64,000 nt of DNA from Mobula hypostoma (GCF_963921235.1 NC_086108.1:21018001-21082000); one strand, 5' to 3'; positions 14,629 through 26,010 are shown, counted from the stretch's first letter. Numbers and translations: made by a program. The notes: generated from the letters alone by a model not told the origin.

Positions 14629-14990
14629 TTTTCTCTAGTAGAAAAAAAGCACTCTCCTTTTCTAACCAAACAGTAAGCAATCCCTTCTCAACAGTAAACC
14701 AAGACATATAACCACACCCTAGACATTTCTGAACGTATAACATTTGAAAATTTTCCCCGACTTCCCACAGTGAGGCCTGAGCACTGACCCGCCTCAGTTC
14801 AGAGGGATAACCTCTATCTTCACCCTGTGTTAGAGGGCCCTCAGCAGTTTGAATAATCATAGAGAATTTTCTCCTATTTATGTCTCGACCATATTGCTAT
14901 CATTCAAGTTATTCCGCCTAGATTATTTTCAGTTACCAGTTTTCATTTTACTTTTAATTCCGATTTACTCTTTTCAGTCATTTCTCTTAA

Positions 14991-15976
14991 TTAATCTGTA
15001 TTCTCTGTACATTCGCGTCTGAATATTTGCAGCTTTTCCTTGTAGTTTGACACTCTGCTTCGTGTGGAGCGTCCTCGCCCCACTAACTGCCACGACTTCT
15101 GCCGAATCCTCTCCAGTAGCGACTCCGGTTGGGTGATAACTTTAATAGGTAGTCCCCGGTCCGCCAGGTCCGACGTTGCCTCCTCCACCGTAGCGTAAGT
15201 TTTTGTCCCTTCGTCGTAAAAGACTCTCAGCCAAGCTGGATACAGGGTCTGGAATCTGATGTTGTTTTCCTTCAGGACTCTCCGTGTTTCCGTATATTCC
15301 TTCCGTCCGGCAAGAATCCCCGGTGCGTAGTCGTGGTCTAAACTGATTTTACAGTTGTTCCACATGAAACCTTTCTTTTGCCATGCTCTTTTAAGCACCT
15401 CTTCCTTCGTTCTGTGACTGAGAAATCTGATCAGAATCGATCTGGGCTGGGTGCCTGCCGGAGGCTGTGGTGTCAACGCACGGTGAGCCCTTTCTATCTG
15501 TAGATCTTTTGCGGCCGGTATATCAAGGTTCTCTCTAAGCAGCTTCTCCACGAAGGGAATCATCAATCCGGGTTTACGTTCGGTTCCTTCGGGAACTCCG
15601 TAGATCCTCACATTTTCCCTTCTCGAGCGGCCTTCTTGATCTATTAGTTTCCACTGGAGTTGGTCTTGTAGCTTCAGCATTTCTGCTATCACCTCCTCTG
15701 CATTTTGTAGCTTCTCTTCAATTCCAACAATCCTCGCTTCGGCTTCATCTATCCGCGAGTTAGTTTTTACTATTTCTCCTTTAATATCTTCCAGCTGTTT
15801 GCTGTTATCTTGTCGGAACTCGCGAATCTCTCCGAGAATCAAAGACAAAGTCACTGATTCCCCCTCATTATCTCCGTCCTGGTTTGCTGTGGAGAGCTAG
15901 GCCCTTCGCCTTGCTGCATCTCTTTATGTTTATCAGCCTTCAGAGCGGACTTTTTATTCTTGTTCTTAGACATCAT
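14991..15976 (-). pseudogene. L1 ORF1 (coiled coil, RRM, CTD)
   Basis: L1 ORF1p motifs RRENVRIYGVPE, IERAHR, LDHDY and FQTLYPA. The ATG at 15976/15973 (MSKNKNKK) is separated from the 287-aa ORF by an apparent 1-nt deletion near 15890. Confidence 0.9.
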
Positions 15977-16290
15977 CCTTGCCCCTTTTATTAATATAGT
16001 TATGCAATATTAAGTATTTGTCTAAATTCGATTTTGGGGCAGTTTACCTTCTTTTTTGTCGAGAGACCTTTTCCTTACGCTGCCATTCCCTTGATGACCC
16101 CTTAATTCTTTTGTTTCACCTGTCACTTAAAGGACAGAACATCAACCAGATTAAGAGCGATTAACTTCAGAGATATACATCAGTTAAACTGCCACATTTT
16201 GGAAGAGTTCACATTGTCTTGAACAGCACAAAGGCTATTAATAACTAACAGGCAAGTTGGAATAATACACAAAGCAAATCCACTTGTTGA

Positions 16291-16797
16291 TTGTCTATCT
16301 ACGGCCTCCTCTACAGTAAAGATGAAGCCACACTCAGGGTGGAGGAACAACACCTTATATTCCGTCTGGGTAGCCTCCAACCTGATGTCATGAACACTGA
16401 CTTCTCAAACTTCCGCTAATGCCCACCTCCCCCTCGTACCCCATCTGTTATTTATTTATTTATATACACACATTCTTTTTCTCTCTCCTTTTTCTCCTTC
16501 TCACTGTACTCCTTGCCCATCCTCTGGGCTTCCCCCCTCCCCCTTTCCTTTTTCCCTAGGCCTCCTGTCCCATGATCCTCTAATAACCCTTTTGCCAATC
16601 ACCTGTCCAGCTCTTGGCTCCATCCCTCCCCGTCCTGTCTTCTCCTATCATTTCGGATCTCCCCCTCCCCCTCTCAAATCTCTTACTAGCTCTTCTTTCA
16701 GTTAGTCCTGACAAAAGGTTTCGGCCCGAAACGTCGACTGTACCTCTTCCTAGAGAAGTTGCCTGGCCTGCTGCATTCACCAGAAACTTTTATGTGT
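16291..16797 (+). mobile_element. Penelope-like element 3' fragment (GIY-YIG C-terminus plus terminal repeat)
   Basis: 16291-16419 translates LSIYGLLYSKDEATLRVEEQHLIFRLGSLQPDVMNTDFSNFR*, resembling the C-terminus of PLE GIY-YIG endonucleases. It is followed by a pyrimidine-rich UTR and a hammerhead-like motif. Confidence 0.8.
16703..16740 (+). ncRNA. Minimal type I hammerhead ribozyme motif, core mutated (G8>A)
   Basis: TAGTC-CTGACAA-AAGGTTTCGGCCC-GAAA-CG-TC-GACTG. Stem I TAGTC/GACTG pairs. Confidence 0.6.
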
Positions 16798-17242
16798 GCC
16801 ACTTAAGTTGCCTATGGTTTTAATTAGATACAATCATTGATGAATTTTCTAAAAGTATTTGATAAAGTTACAAAAGAAAGCTTTAAGTAAGTGAGCAATG
16901 TAATTCAAATCCAAACAGGATTAAAAATCAACTTGAAAATGGTTGCATTGCTAAAATCCAAAATTCGTAATCGAAAGAAACTCCTGTAGAGTTTCACAAC
17001 ATTTTGTTTGTTTTTTCATGTGTACAAAATTTTTGAATAGGTAGAATACTTACAAAATTGGCAGGCAACATCAAGGTTTACCAGTTGATCAAATCAGTGG
17101 AGCAAGACAGAATTCATGAAGATCTGAAACAATGAAACAAATTGGCTGATGTGATTGATGAATTTTATTCAACATGTCATATCTCTGAAACTATGTTAAA
17201 ATTCAGACATATAGAAACCAGAAAGATTAGTTGATAGATACT

Positions 17243-17375
17243 GAGCAACACACCCAAAATGCTAGAGGAATTCAGCAGGTCAGGCAGCATCTATGGAGAT
17301 GAATGAACACTCAATGTTTCTAGCTTCTGTCCTCTTCTTTTCCAGTCTTGAAGAAGGGTCTCACTCTGAAACCTC
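17243..17375. repeat. Two oppositely oriented Penelope-derived repeat fragments
   Basis: Minus-strand terminal piece at 17243-17320, then a plus-strand degenerate hammerhead (AGTC TTGAAGA AGGGTCTCACTCT GAAAC) at 17344-17372. Confidence 0.55.
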
Positions 17376-17789
17376 TTATATTTTCATTTAATCCTATGTG
17401 TTCTAAGGTCAAACACTCCCCTATTGGCGATTTTCTTACTTTGGTTCCTACTTGTGCCTTCTTCACCTTGTATATCTTTTATCATATTTCCCCAAACCTC
17501 CTTTGGTCCAAGGGAAACAAACTCACTCAATTAATTGTCTTTGCAGCAGTACTATAATGCAACACATAAAAATAGAAACAAAAACTGATTTACAGTAAGT
17601 GTATATATATATATATTAAATATTAAATTAAATAATAAGTGCAAAAATAGAAATTAAAAAGTGAGGTAGTGTTCATGGGTTCAAAGTCCATTCAGAAATC
17701 GGATGGCAGAGTTGAAGAAGCTTTTCCTGAATTGTTGAGTGTGCACCATCATGTTTCTGTACCTCCTTCCTGATGGTAGCAACGGCCTT

Positions 17790-19085
17790 TGCTCTTGCAA
17801 TCCAGGAAAAGGCAAGTATCCATCACACCTTCTAAACCACCTTACACCTTAACTACCTGTGCTACCAGCTTCAACAAGGGAAGATAGGAGTTCCCCTAAT
17901 CACCACTCCACCTAACAGCAGTGAACAATGGTCAGTCTGGGACTTTTCTAATGACACTCAGACTAGTGAGGCCCAAAGTTGCACCAGTGATGCGACTGGA
18001 GGCTGTGGGTGCCTCTGCTTTGATGGTTGGTACATTCTTTTCCACACCGCGCCCCCCCCCCCCAGATAAAGCCATCCGATGGGGAGGTCAGACACCATGG
18101 CCTTCCACCACTGTCAGATCTAACCAACCAGCAAATACTATCTGCTACTGTAATTTAAAGGCAAGGGTGCTTACTTTCTGGGCAATAGCACCTGTGCCAT
18201 TTATACAATGGCCAAACCACCGCGCCCCCTGAACGGAATGCAATGGGTTTGCGGGGAAAGGACCAACTTATGGCTCCCAGGAGAGACAGCTAGCCGATGG
18301 AACACTCAACAAGGGAGCAGAAATTGGATGGGATGCTGCTTCCTGGTTTACCTTCTACCCCACATGCGAATGCTGAAAACCCTAGACCAGCACCCTTCTC
18401 TCCTACGGCAAAAGCGAGGAATTTCACAACCAGAGCGCTTCTGGATGATAGCTTTCTCCTTTTACAGGTGGGCCCACAATTCAAGGGAAATTATCAACCT
18501 GGCCACAGTTTTGGAGATGGCTAACAGTACCGCTAAGGTCATGGATGGCTCCAGAATCAGGTGAGGGCCATCACTGCTGAAATGATGGTGCTATGACAGA
18601 CGGTTTTGCAGAACCCAATGGCCCCCGATTTTGTTCTGGCTGAAAAAGGAGGTACATGTGCCATTATAGGACAAGAATGCTGCACCTACATCCCAGGTGA
18701 ATCAGAGAACATTACCTCTCTCTGTGTTCACATTCAAAAGAAGGTAAATAAAATCCAGGAAATTGGGGCTGACCTACATGGTTTTAGCTCAAAAGGGGGA
18801 TGGTGGCCGTTCAGTGACATCTTCGCAGGATGGAGCAATATACTGCTACATTATGCTATCATCATCACGGGAGTACTCATACTTATTGAACTTTTCCGAT
18901 GTTTCTGGCCTCTTGTCAGCCAGTGCTTCTGCCCTACACCCACAGGGATATTTATACAAAGAGGCCCCCTAGAAGGAAGGGGACCTCAGGGAGACCGAGG
19001 TGCAAATGATGAGGGTGAAGACTACAATGATGTGGAAAGCCTTTTGGCTTATCACAAGGGTTCCTACCCACCCTTCTTACACTAA
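17790..19085 (+). pseudogene. env: Endogenous retrovirus envelope remnant (gamma-type TM)
   Basis: Furin site RQKR-GI in ORF 18208-18564. Immunosuppressive-domain-like LQNPMAPDFVLAEKGG, CX6CC motif CAIIGQECC and hydrophobic anchor ILLHYAIIITGVLILI in ORF 18606-19085. Frameshifts and stops lie between the pieces; the 5' boundary is approximate. Confidence 0.9.
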
Positions 19086-19157
19086 TACGAAAATTAAGAT
19101 GTACAACAACCCTAACATTGATAATCCTGGTTGTCATTGAATGACAAAAGGAGGGAA

Positions 19158-20745
19158 TGAGGAATTATATGCAGAATTAAAAGGTCTAAAACCTAACTGA
19201 CTTATTGGCAGCTTGACAAGTCGTGCTGTGAAAATAATGTATGAACAAAGTAGTGTTTGTTGCATGAGAAAGCTTCTCCGTCTACCCTGATCAAGGTATA
19301 TATGTGATAACGAATGTATATCAGCAGCCCAGACTGTACTTGGGAGCTATGCACCCTCTAAGCTGTGCACGTGTGCACGCGCACACACGTTTTTCAAATA
19401 GCACACAAAGGAAATTAATGTGCACACAAAAGGTTAGTTACCTAAAATAATATAGTAATTAATAATTACACTTATTGAAAATAATCTTTCAGCTAAATGT
19501 TAACTAGTTAGTCGGTTTTTCAAATACCACAATACACGTCACTAATTTACGTCACCTCACCTTTCATGTTCTGGTTTGTACAGCTGCATCACGGCGGCAG
19601 CCATCCTTGGCAGACAGTGTTCATATCATAAAGTTTACAAAGATCTGATTCAAATCCTATACTTAGTTTTACTAAGTTTTTTTTGAAAAAAATATTGATT
19701 CACTATGTCGAATTCAAAAAAGGGCATGAAGGGCATGAAGTGCAAAAAAACTGCAAATTTGTTTGAAGTGGAACGGCTTAACAAAATAGTAGAAATTGCT
19801 ACACCGAAAGCTCACGAGGTCATGAACATTCAGCTACGAGAAATATTTATGTATGATTCAGAAACTGGAGTTATCTGTTTGATTTGTCGTGATGCGAAAG
19901 TCGCTGGAGAATTTGCTAATGGAAAGAAGTCGGATGGTATTTGGAAACGACTTTTTGAACCGTTATTTGGCAAGTAAATCGCATTTGGACGGTGTACAAA
20001 AGTTAATGCCTTATGTCTAAAATTTCATGATTTTCTAGGTGAAAATACTGTAATAGTTAGACAGTTTAATGATTTCAAATTTTCCGTGCAAGAAAAAATT
20101 AAATCCAAACTGATTTCAAACTTTGCTCAAATGGTGGCATTTGTACTTCAAAATGAACAGTTTTGTGACCTTGCACAGTTGATGGACATTGGGGGAACCT
20201 TTCTTACATCTAGTGCTGACTGTGAACGAGGTTTTAGCCTAATGAATCAACTCAAAAACAAGCTAAGAAACCGTTTAGGTGAACGTCATTTGGATATATT
20301 AATGAGAATCAAAAGCAATCAATTGGATGGAAGTTCTATTAGTCTAGATAGAATCTACAAAGAATGGGTAAATGCCAAAGACAGGAGAGAGAAAAAATAA
20401 CTGAGTAAATTAAACATGTGTTACTTTGTTGTTATTCTGAGCAATGTTAAGTCAAATATTTTGTAAACCTACATAAACTGTGCCATGTGCGCATTCAGTG
20501 CGCACATACTTTTGTCACAGCAAAAAAAATATGCACAACGTAAGATTTTTGTGCACACTGACTACTAAAAATTAGAGGGAACATTGCTTGGGAGCTTGCT
20601 TGGGAGCTTACTTGGGTTGCAGATTTTCCCAGGTTCTGTGAACGGGGACTCTGTAGTTCAACTGAGCGACACGATCTTGCTAATAAACAGTATGTAATTT
20701 TAAGTAAAATGTGTTTGACAATTATGCCCTGGGTCTAAACCTAAA
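19158..20745 (+). mobile_element. Probable ERV 3' LTR, interrupted by a hAT element
   Basis: Polypurine tract AAAAGGAGGGAA at 19146-19157 is immediately followed by TG. TATA-like TATATAT near 19297 and AATAAA near 20682. The right boundary is uncertain (no clean CA). Confidence 0.7.
19347..20586 (+). mobile_element. Internally deleted hAT DNA transposon
   Basis: 8-bp TSD CTTGGGAG at 19339-19346 and 20587-20594; 15-bp TIRs matching 12/15. ORF 19705-19977 (CLIC zinc-finger-like N-terminus) is joined to 20086-20400 (hAT dimerisation motif SSADCERGFSLMNQLKNKLRNRL). Confidence 0.9.
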
Positions 20746-21031
20746 GGCCTCTGGTAGACAGGCAGATCGACAACTGGGTATTTTTTAAGCAGAGATTAAT
20801 AGGGTCTTAATTAGTAAGGGCATCAAAGGTTATTGGGAGAGGGCAGGAGAATGGGGTTGAGAAAGTAACTAAATCAACCACGATCGAATGAAGGAGCACA
20901 CTCAATGGGCTGAATGGTCAAATTCTGCTCCTATGTCTTACGGTCTTATGAATGTGTAGTTATAAGACCATAACATTGTATTCAACATTATACTGAAAAT
21001 TATTGACTCAAACTGCTCACCAGCCACCAAG

Positions 21032-23165
21032 ACAAAACAAAATTGGTCCCTTAGAAAATCAGAGTGGACAGTTATGTGCGGAGCCAAAAGAGATGGGGGA
21101 GATTCTCAACAATTTATTTTCTTCAGTATTCACTAAGGAAAAGGATATTGAATTGTGTAAGATAAGGGAAACAGGTAGGGTAGTTATGGAAACTATGAGG
21201 ATTAAAGAAGAGGAAGTACTGGTGCTTTTAAGGAATATAAAAGTGGATAAGTCTCCGGGTCCTGACAGGATATTCCCTAGGACCTTGAGGGAAGTTAGTG
21301 TAGAAATAGCAGGGGCTCTGACAGAAATATTTCAAATGTCATTAGAAATAGGGATGGTGCCGGAGGACTGACGTATTGCTTATGTTGTTTCATTGTTTTT
21401 CATAGTCATAGTAGTAGTCATACTTTATTAATCCTGGGGGAAATTGGTTTTTGTTACAGTTGCTCCATAAATAATAAATAGTAATAGAACCGTAAATAGT
21501 TATATAGTAATATGTAAATTATGCCAGTAAATTATGAAATAAGTCCAGGACCAGCCTATTGGTTCAGGATGTCTGACCCTGCAAGGGAGGAGTTGTAAAG
21601 TTTGATGGCCACAGGCAGGAATGACTTCCTATGACGCTCTGTACTGCATCTCGGTGGAATGAGTCTCTGGCTGAATGTACTCCTGTGCCCACCTAGTACA
21701 TTATGTAGTGGATAGGAGACATTGACCAAGATGGCATGCAACTTAGACAGCATCCTCTTTTCAGACACCACCGTGAAAAGGATTCTAAGAGTAAACCTAG
21801 CAATTATCAGCCTGTGAGTTTGATGTCAGTGGTGGGTAAATTGATAGAAAGTATTCTTAGAGATGTTATCTATAATTATCTGGATAGACCGGGTCTGATT
21901 AGGAACAGTCAACATGGATTTGTGCGTGGAAGGTCATGTTTGACAAATCTTATTGAATTTTTTGAAGAGGTTACTAGGAAAGTTGACGAGGGTAAAGCGG
22001 TGGATGTTGTCTATATGGACTTCAGTAAGGCCATTGACAAGGTTCCACACAGAAGGTTAGTTAGGAAGGTTCAATCGTTAGGTATTAATATTGAAGTAGT
22101 AAAATGGATTCAGCAGCGGCTGAATGGGAGACGCCAGAGAGTAGTGGTGGATAACTGTTTGTCAGATTGGAGGCCGGTAACTAGTAACATGCCTCAGGGA
22201 TCTGGGTCAATGTTGTTTGTCATATACATTAATGATCTGGATGATGGGGTGGTAAATTAGATTATTATGTATGTAGCTGATACTAAGATAGGTGGAGTTG
22301 TGGATAATGAAGTAGGTTTTCAAAGCCTGCAGAGAGATTTAGGCCAGTTAGAAGAGTGGGCTGAAAGATGGCAGATGGAGTTTAATGCTGATAAATGTGA
22401 GGTGCTACATGTTGGTAGGCCTAATCAAAATAGGACATACATGGTAAATGGTAGGGCATTGAAGAATGCAGTAGAACACAGGGATCTAGGAATAATGGTG
22501 CATAGTTCCCTGAAGGTGGTGTCTCATGTGGGTAGGGTGGTGAAGAAAGCTTTTGGTATGCTGGCCTTTATAAATCAGAGCATTGAGTATAGGAGTTGGG
22601 ATGTAATCTTGAAATTGTACAAGGCATTGGTAAAGCCAAGTTTGGACTATTGTGTACAGTTCTGTTTACCGAATTATAGGAAAGATGTCAACAAAATTGA
22701 GAGAGTACAGAGAAGATTTACTAGAATGTTACCTGGGTTTCATCACCTAAGTTACAGAGAAAGGTTGAACAAGTTGGGTCTTTAGTCTTTGGAGCGTAGA
22801 AGGTTGAGGGGGGACTTGATAGAGGTATTTAAAATTACGAGGGGGATAGATGGAGTTGACGTGGATAGGCTTTTTCTATTGAGAGGGGGGGAGATTCGAA
22901 CAAGAGGACATGAGTTGAGAGTTAAAGGGCAAAAGTTTAGGAGTAACATGAGGGTGAACTTCTTTACTCAGAGTGGTAACTGTGTGGAACGAGCTTCCAG
23001 CAGAAGTGGTTGAGGGAGGTTCGATGTTGTCATTTAAAGTTAAATTGGATAGCTATATGGACAGGAAAGGAATGGAGGGTTATGGACTGGGTGAGAGTAA
23101 GAGTTCGGCACGGACTAGAAGGGCCGAGATGGCCTGTTTCCGTGCTGTAATTGTTATATGGTTAT
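21032..23165 (+). mobile_element. CR1 LINE 3' part, interrupted by a Rex1-like fragment
   Basis: ORFs 21003-21371, 21736-22260, 22267-22785 and 22789-23013 carry CR1 RT motifs. Tail GTTATATGGTTATAT. Confidence 0.92.
21401..21775 (-). mobile_element. Rex1/Babar-like LINE 3' fragment
   Basis: Translation YPLHNVL..RLIPPRCSTERHRKSFLPVAIKLYNSS followed by AATAAA and an (ACTATG)n tail. It splits the CR1 PLFKKG motif. Confidence 0.8.
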
Positions 23166-23358
23166 ATTATAGCAATTGTGAAGGATCATAAATCAAAAAA
23201 AACCTTCAAATCTATACTTGGAAACTTGTTTGTAACAATCAAATTTGTTCTAATGAAATAATGTGCAATTAGTCCAAGGAAGTAATTGAGAGAAGCAAAA
23301 ACAGAAAGTCTTGGAAGCATTCAGAAATTCAAGCAACATTGTTGAGGACAGAAATAAT

Positions 23359-23397
23359 GAGTCAATATTTCAAGTCAAAGACCCTTCATCAGAACTG
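23359..23397 (-). ncRNA. Minimal type I hammerhead ribozyme motif, core intact
   Basis: Minus strand reads CAGTT-CTGATGA-A-GGGTC TTT GACTT-GAAA-TA-TT-GACTC, inside a decayed Penelope-derived repeat at about 23295-23400. Confidence 0.6.
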
Positions 23398-23969
23398 TAA
23401 AACAAAAAGTTAATGTGCTTTTCAATTCCAAGGTAGTAGGGAAATGGAAAAATGAAAACAAAATATGTAAAATGTTCAAAAAAGGATGCATATTAAATTG
23501 TTAAGATAACTGTATGAGGCACTGGCACCAATATTTTATGAGTATTCCATAAGGAAAAGCTGACAAAAGTAATTCTGCTCAGATTTCAATGACTGCAATG
23601 CGTCTTTATTGCTCCTTGAGTTACAGAGTCCCTTGAAGCTTCACAGTAACACACACAAGCCAAACCTCTATCAAAGATAGAAACAACAGGTAAAATCAAT
23701 TGGTGCGATCTTTCATTGATTCTATTATGGTTACTACCCTATTAAGGATTTATTCAGTATTTCTGAAAGAAAATGAATCTTGGGTTTGTCTATGGTGGCA
23801 TACATGTACTTTGATAATAAATATACTTTGAACTTTGAATATCTATACTTCATTTAAGTACCATCTAAAAACGTGAAAGATGTGGCAAAAAAGAATTTTG
23901 GAAATACAGTAATTAAGGCTTACAATTTAAAAGATTGCCAAGTAGTGGAGTACACAAAAGGCCATACTT

Positions 23970-24070
23970 GGATTTCTGTTGAAGGGTCTCAGCCCAAAAA
24001 GTCAACTGTTTATTCTTCTCCACAAATGCTGCCTGACCTGCTGAATTTTTCTGCATTTTGTGTGTGCTGC
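23970..24070 (+). repeat. Penelope-derived repeat with degenerate hammerhead
   Basis: CTGTTGA AGGGTCTCAGCCC AAAAAGTC AACTG followed by ATGCTGCCTGACCTGCTGA. Confidence 0.6.
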
Positions 24071-24607
24071 TCTACACACAGAAATAAAATTTTCCAGAAT
24101 TGCACATCACATATCTGTTATTTGGTACATTATGCAGCCCGATTAGTAACATTAATATCTATTCAAACTAAACAGCTTGAAAAACATTTAAAAAACAGAT
24201 GTGCTGTAATCGACTTCCAATTTCACTCCTTCTTAACATTATAAAATTCTGTATTTGTCAGCAATGCCAATGAGATAAATATGGGCCCAATATGTTCAAT
24301 AATTTCTATTGTAGACTGTGGAGGTTCCACATAGAGAGGGTAGGAAAGTTAATCAATTATTTCCCTACGACAAGTTGACATGCTCTTACTAGAACTGGAA
24401 ACAATGCTAGTAATACCATGTCAGTGATACATTTCAGCTCAATCTGGAAAGACAAGATATTTGGAAAGATGTTCCAAAGGTAAATCAAAACTCTGCTTTA
24501 ATATATACCTTTAGAATTGCCTATTTTGCGGGATTTCAGTATTATACTAGAGCTTTGCTGTTGCACACATTTTTTTTCAGATTTATATTCAGAATTTTGA
24601 TAGTTTT

Positions 24608-24837
24608 GGGGGGGGGAACGTCGACTCAGACCATGAGAGGCCTGCGTCGGGCATTTTCATGCCTTACAAGGCGCAGATTGGAAGTCTGTGTGGGGCACCA
24701 CTCCTCGCACAGAGTACAGCAATGTGTGATGAAGTGCCTTGCTCAAGGGCACAAACATGCTGCCACAGCTGAGGATCGAACTAGCAACCTTGAGGTAACT
24801 AGACGAATGCCTTAACCACTTGGCCACGTGCCCAACG
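24608..24837 (-). mobile_element. tRNA-derived SINE with TSD
   Basis: TSD TGATAGTTTT at 24598-24607 and 24838-24847. Head has A box (TGGCCAAGTGG) and B box (GTTCGATCC); central TGTGCCCTTGAGCAAGGCACTT segment. Confidence 0.9.
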
Positions 24838-25662
24838 TGATAGTTTTAAGCCACTGGATAAAGTGCTTGAAATCTGAAAGAAACTGTGAAAGAAGCTGAC
24901 AAGAAATCTGTGCTTTCAAATAAACATAATGGATTCATTATGAGGAGGGGCTTTTGTCAACATGGTCATATTTAACTATTTGGAACAGTGCATCTGCGAA
25001 CAGCCAATAACTATCAGGATCCAACTTGGCAGCAAACACATTAAAAGTAAAATGCTACACATTGTCAAAAATTCAAAATAATAATTAACATATCAAGCAG
25101 CAAATGGAGAAAGTAGAAAAGTCAATGACATTATGTCAAGACTGGAATATTTTGCAGATAATAACAGGTTTGAAAGCAAAACACTGACCCTGGTAACCAG
25201 GAGAAATACAAAGACAGGCAGGAATAGCAAAAGAAAGATCATGAAGAGAAACCTGCCAGTGACTTTAAAAACAGTAGAAACATATTTACAATTATACTGG
25301 GGGGAGAAAAGCGAGGTTCAAGGGTAAGGTAAACTGATGTCAATGATATTGTAAATGAAAACAAGCAGTGACAGAAATGAATCACTGTTTCCACTACAAG
25401 AGGACAAAGACATGCTTAACATTCCAACAAAGCTTAACATTGTCTCGGAATCAGAGACTCAACACAACAACAGCCAATAAAATTCATCGCCCAATTGCAA
25501 TAAATTCCCAGGATAAGCAGATTCTACTTAACATATTAAAGTTGGCAGAGGAGAATGTGGTATAGTCTTCCAGTTTTCTTCATTACTAAGTGTTTTAGAC
25601 CGAAACATTTCATTTGTGTTCTGTGCTTAAGAAAGTTGAGAGAAAGCAGCCTAGGAATTATA

Positions 25663-26010
25663 CACTTAGTGGCCACTTTATTAGGTATACCTATACACCT
25701 GCGCTTTACTGCAAATATACAATCAGCCAATCATGTGGCAGCAACTCAATGCATAAAAGCATGCATACTTGGTCAAGAGTTTTAGTTGTACCAAACATCA
25801 AAAATGGGGAAGAAATGTGATCGAACTGATTTTGACCATGGAATAATTGTTGGTGCCAGATGGAGTGGTTTGAGTATCTCAATGTGCTGATCTCCTGGGA
25901 TTTTCACATACTACAGTCTCTGGAGTTTACAGAGAATGGTACGAAGAATGGTGCGATAAAAAGAAACATCCAGTGAGCAGCATTTCTGTTAATGAGGTCA
26001 GAGGAGAATT
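25663..26010 (+). mobile_element. Tc1-like element left-end fragment
   Basis: TA-CACTTAGTGGCCACTTTATTAGG terminus and N-terminal coding remnant MGKKCDRTDFDHGIIVGAR. Confidence 0.75.

Larger units (their letters stand above)
10289..16101 (-). mobile_element. Full-length L1-clade LINE with 16-bp TSD
   Basis: Identical TTAATTCTTTTGTTTC at 10273-10288 and 16102-16117. Internal order is ORF1, spacer, ORF2, 3' UTR, AATAAA and an A-rich tail. Confidence 0.95.

Noticed and set aside
14750..14845. Assignment of the L1 spacer structure to twister or HDV ribozyme classes
   Set aside because: The topology is loosely reminiscent but the conserved loop nucleotides and pseudoknot pairings are missing; kept only as an unclassified structure.
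17784..20750. GGCCT at both ends of the ERV remnant as a TSD
   Set aside because: The 5' LTR is absent, so no TSD is expected there, and a 5-bp match is easily chance.
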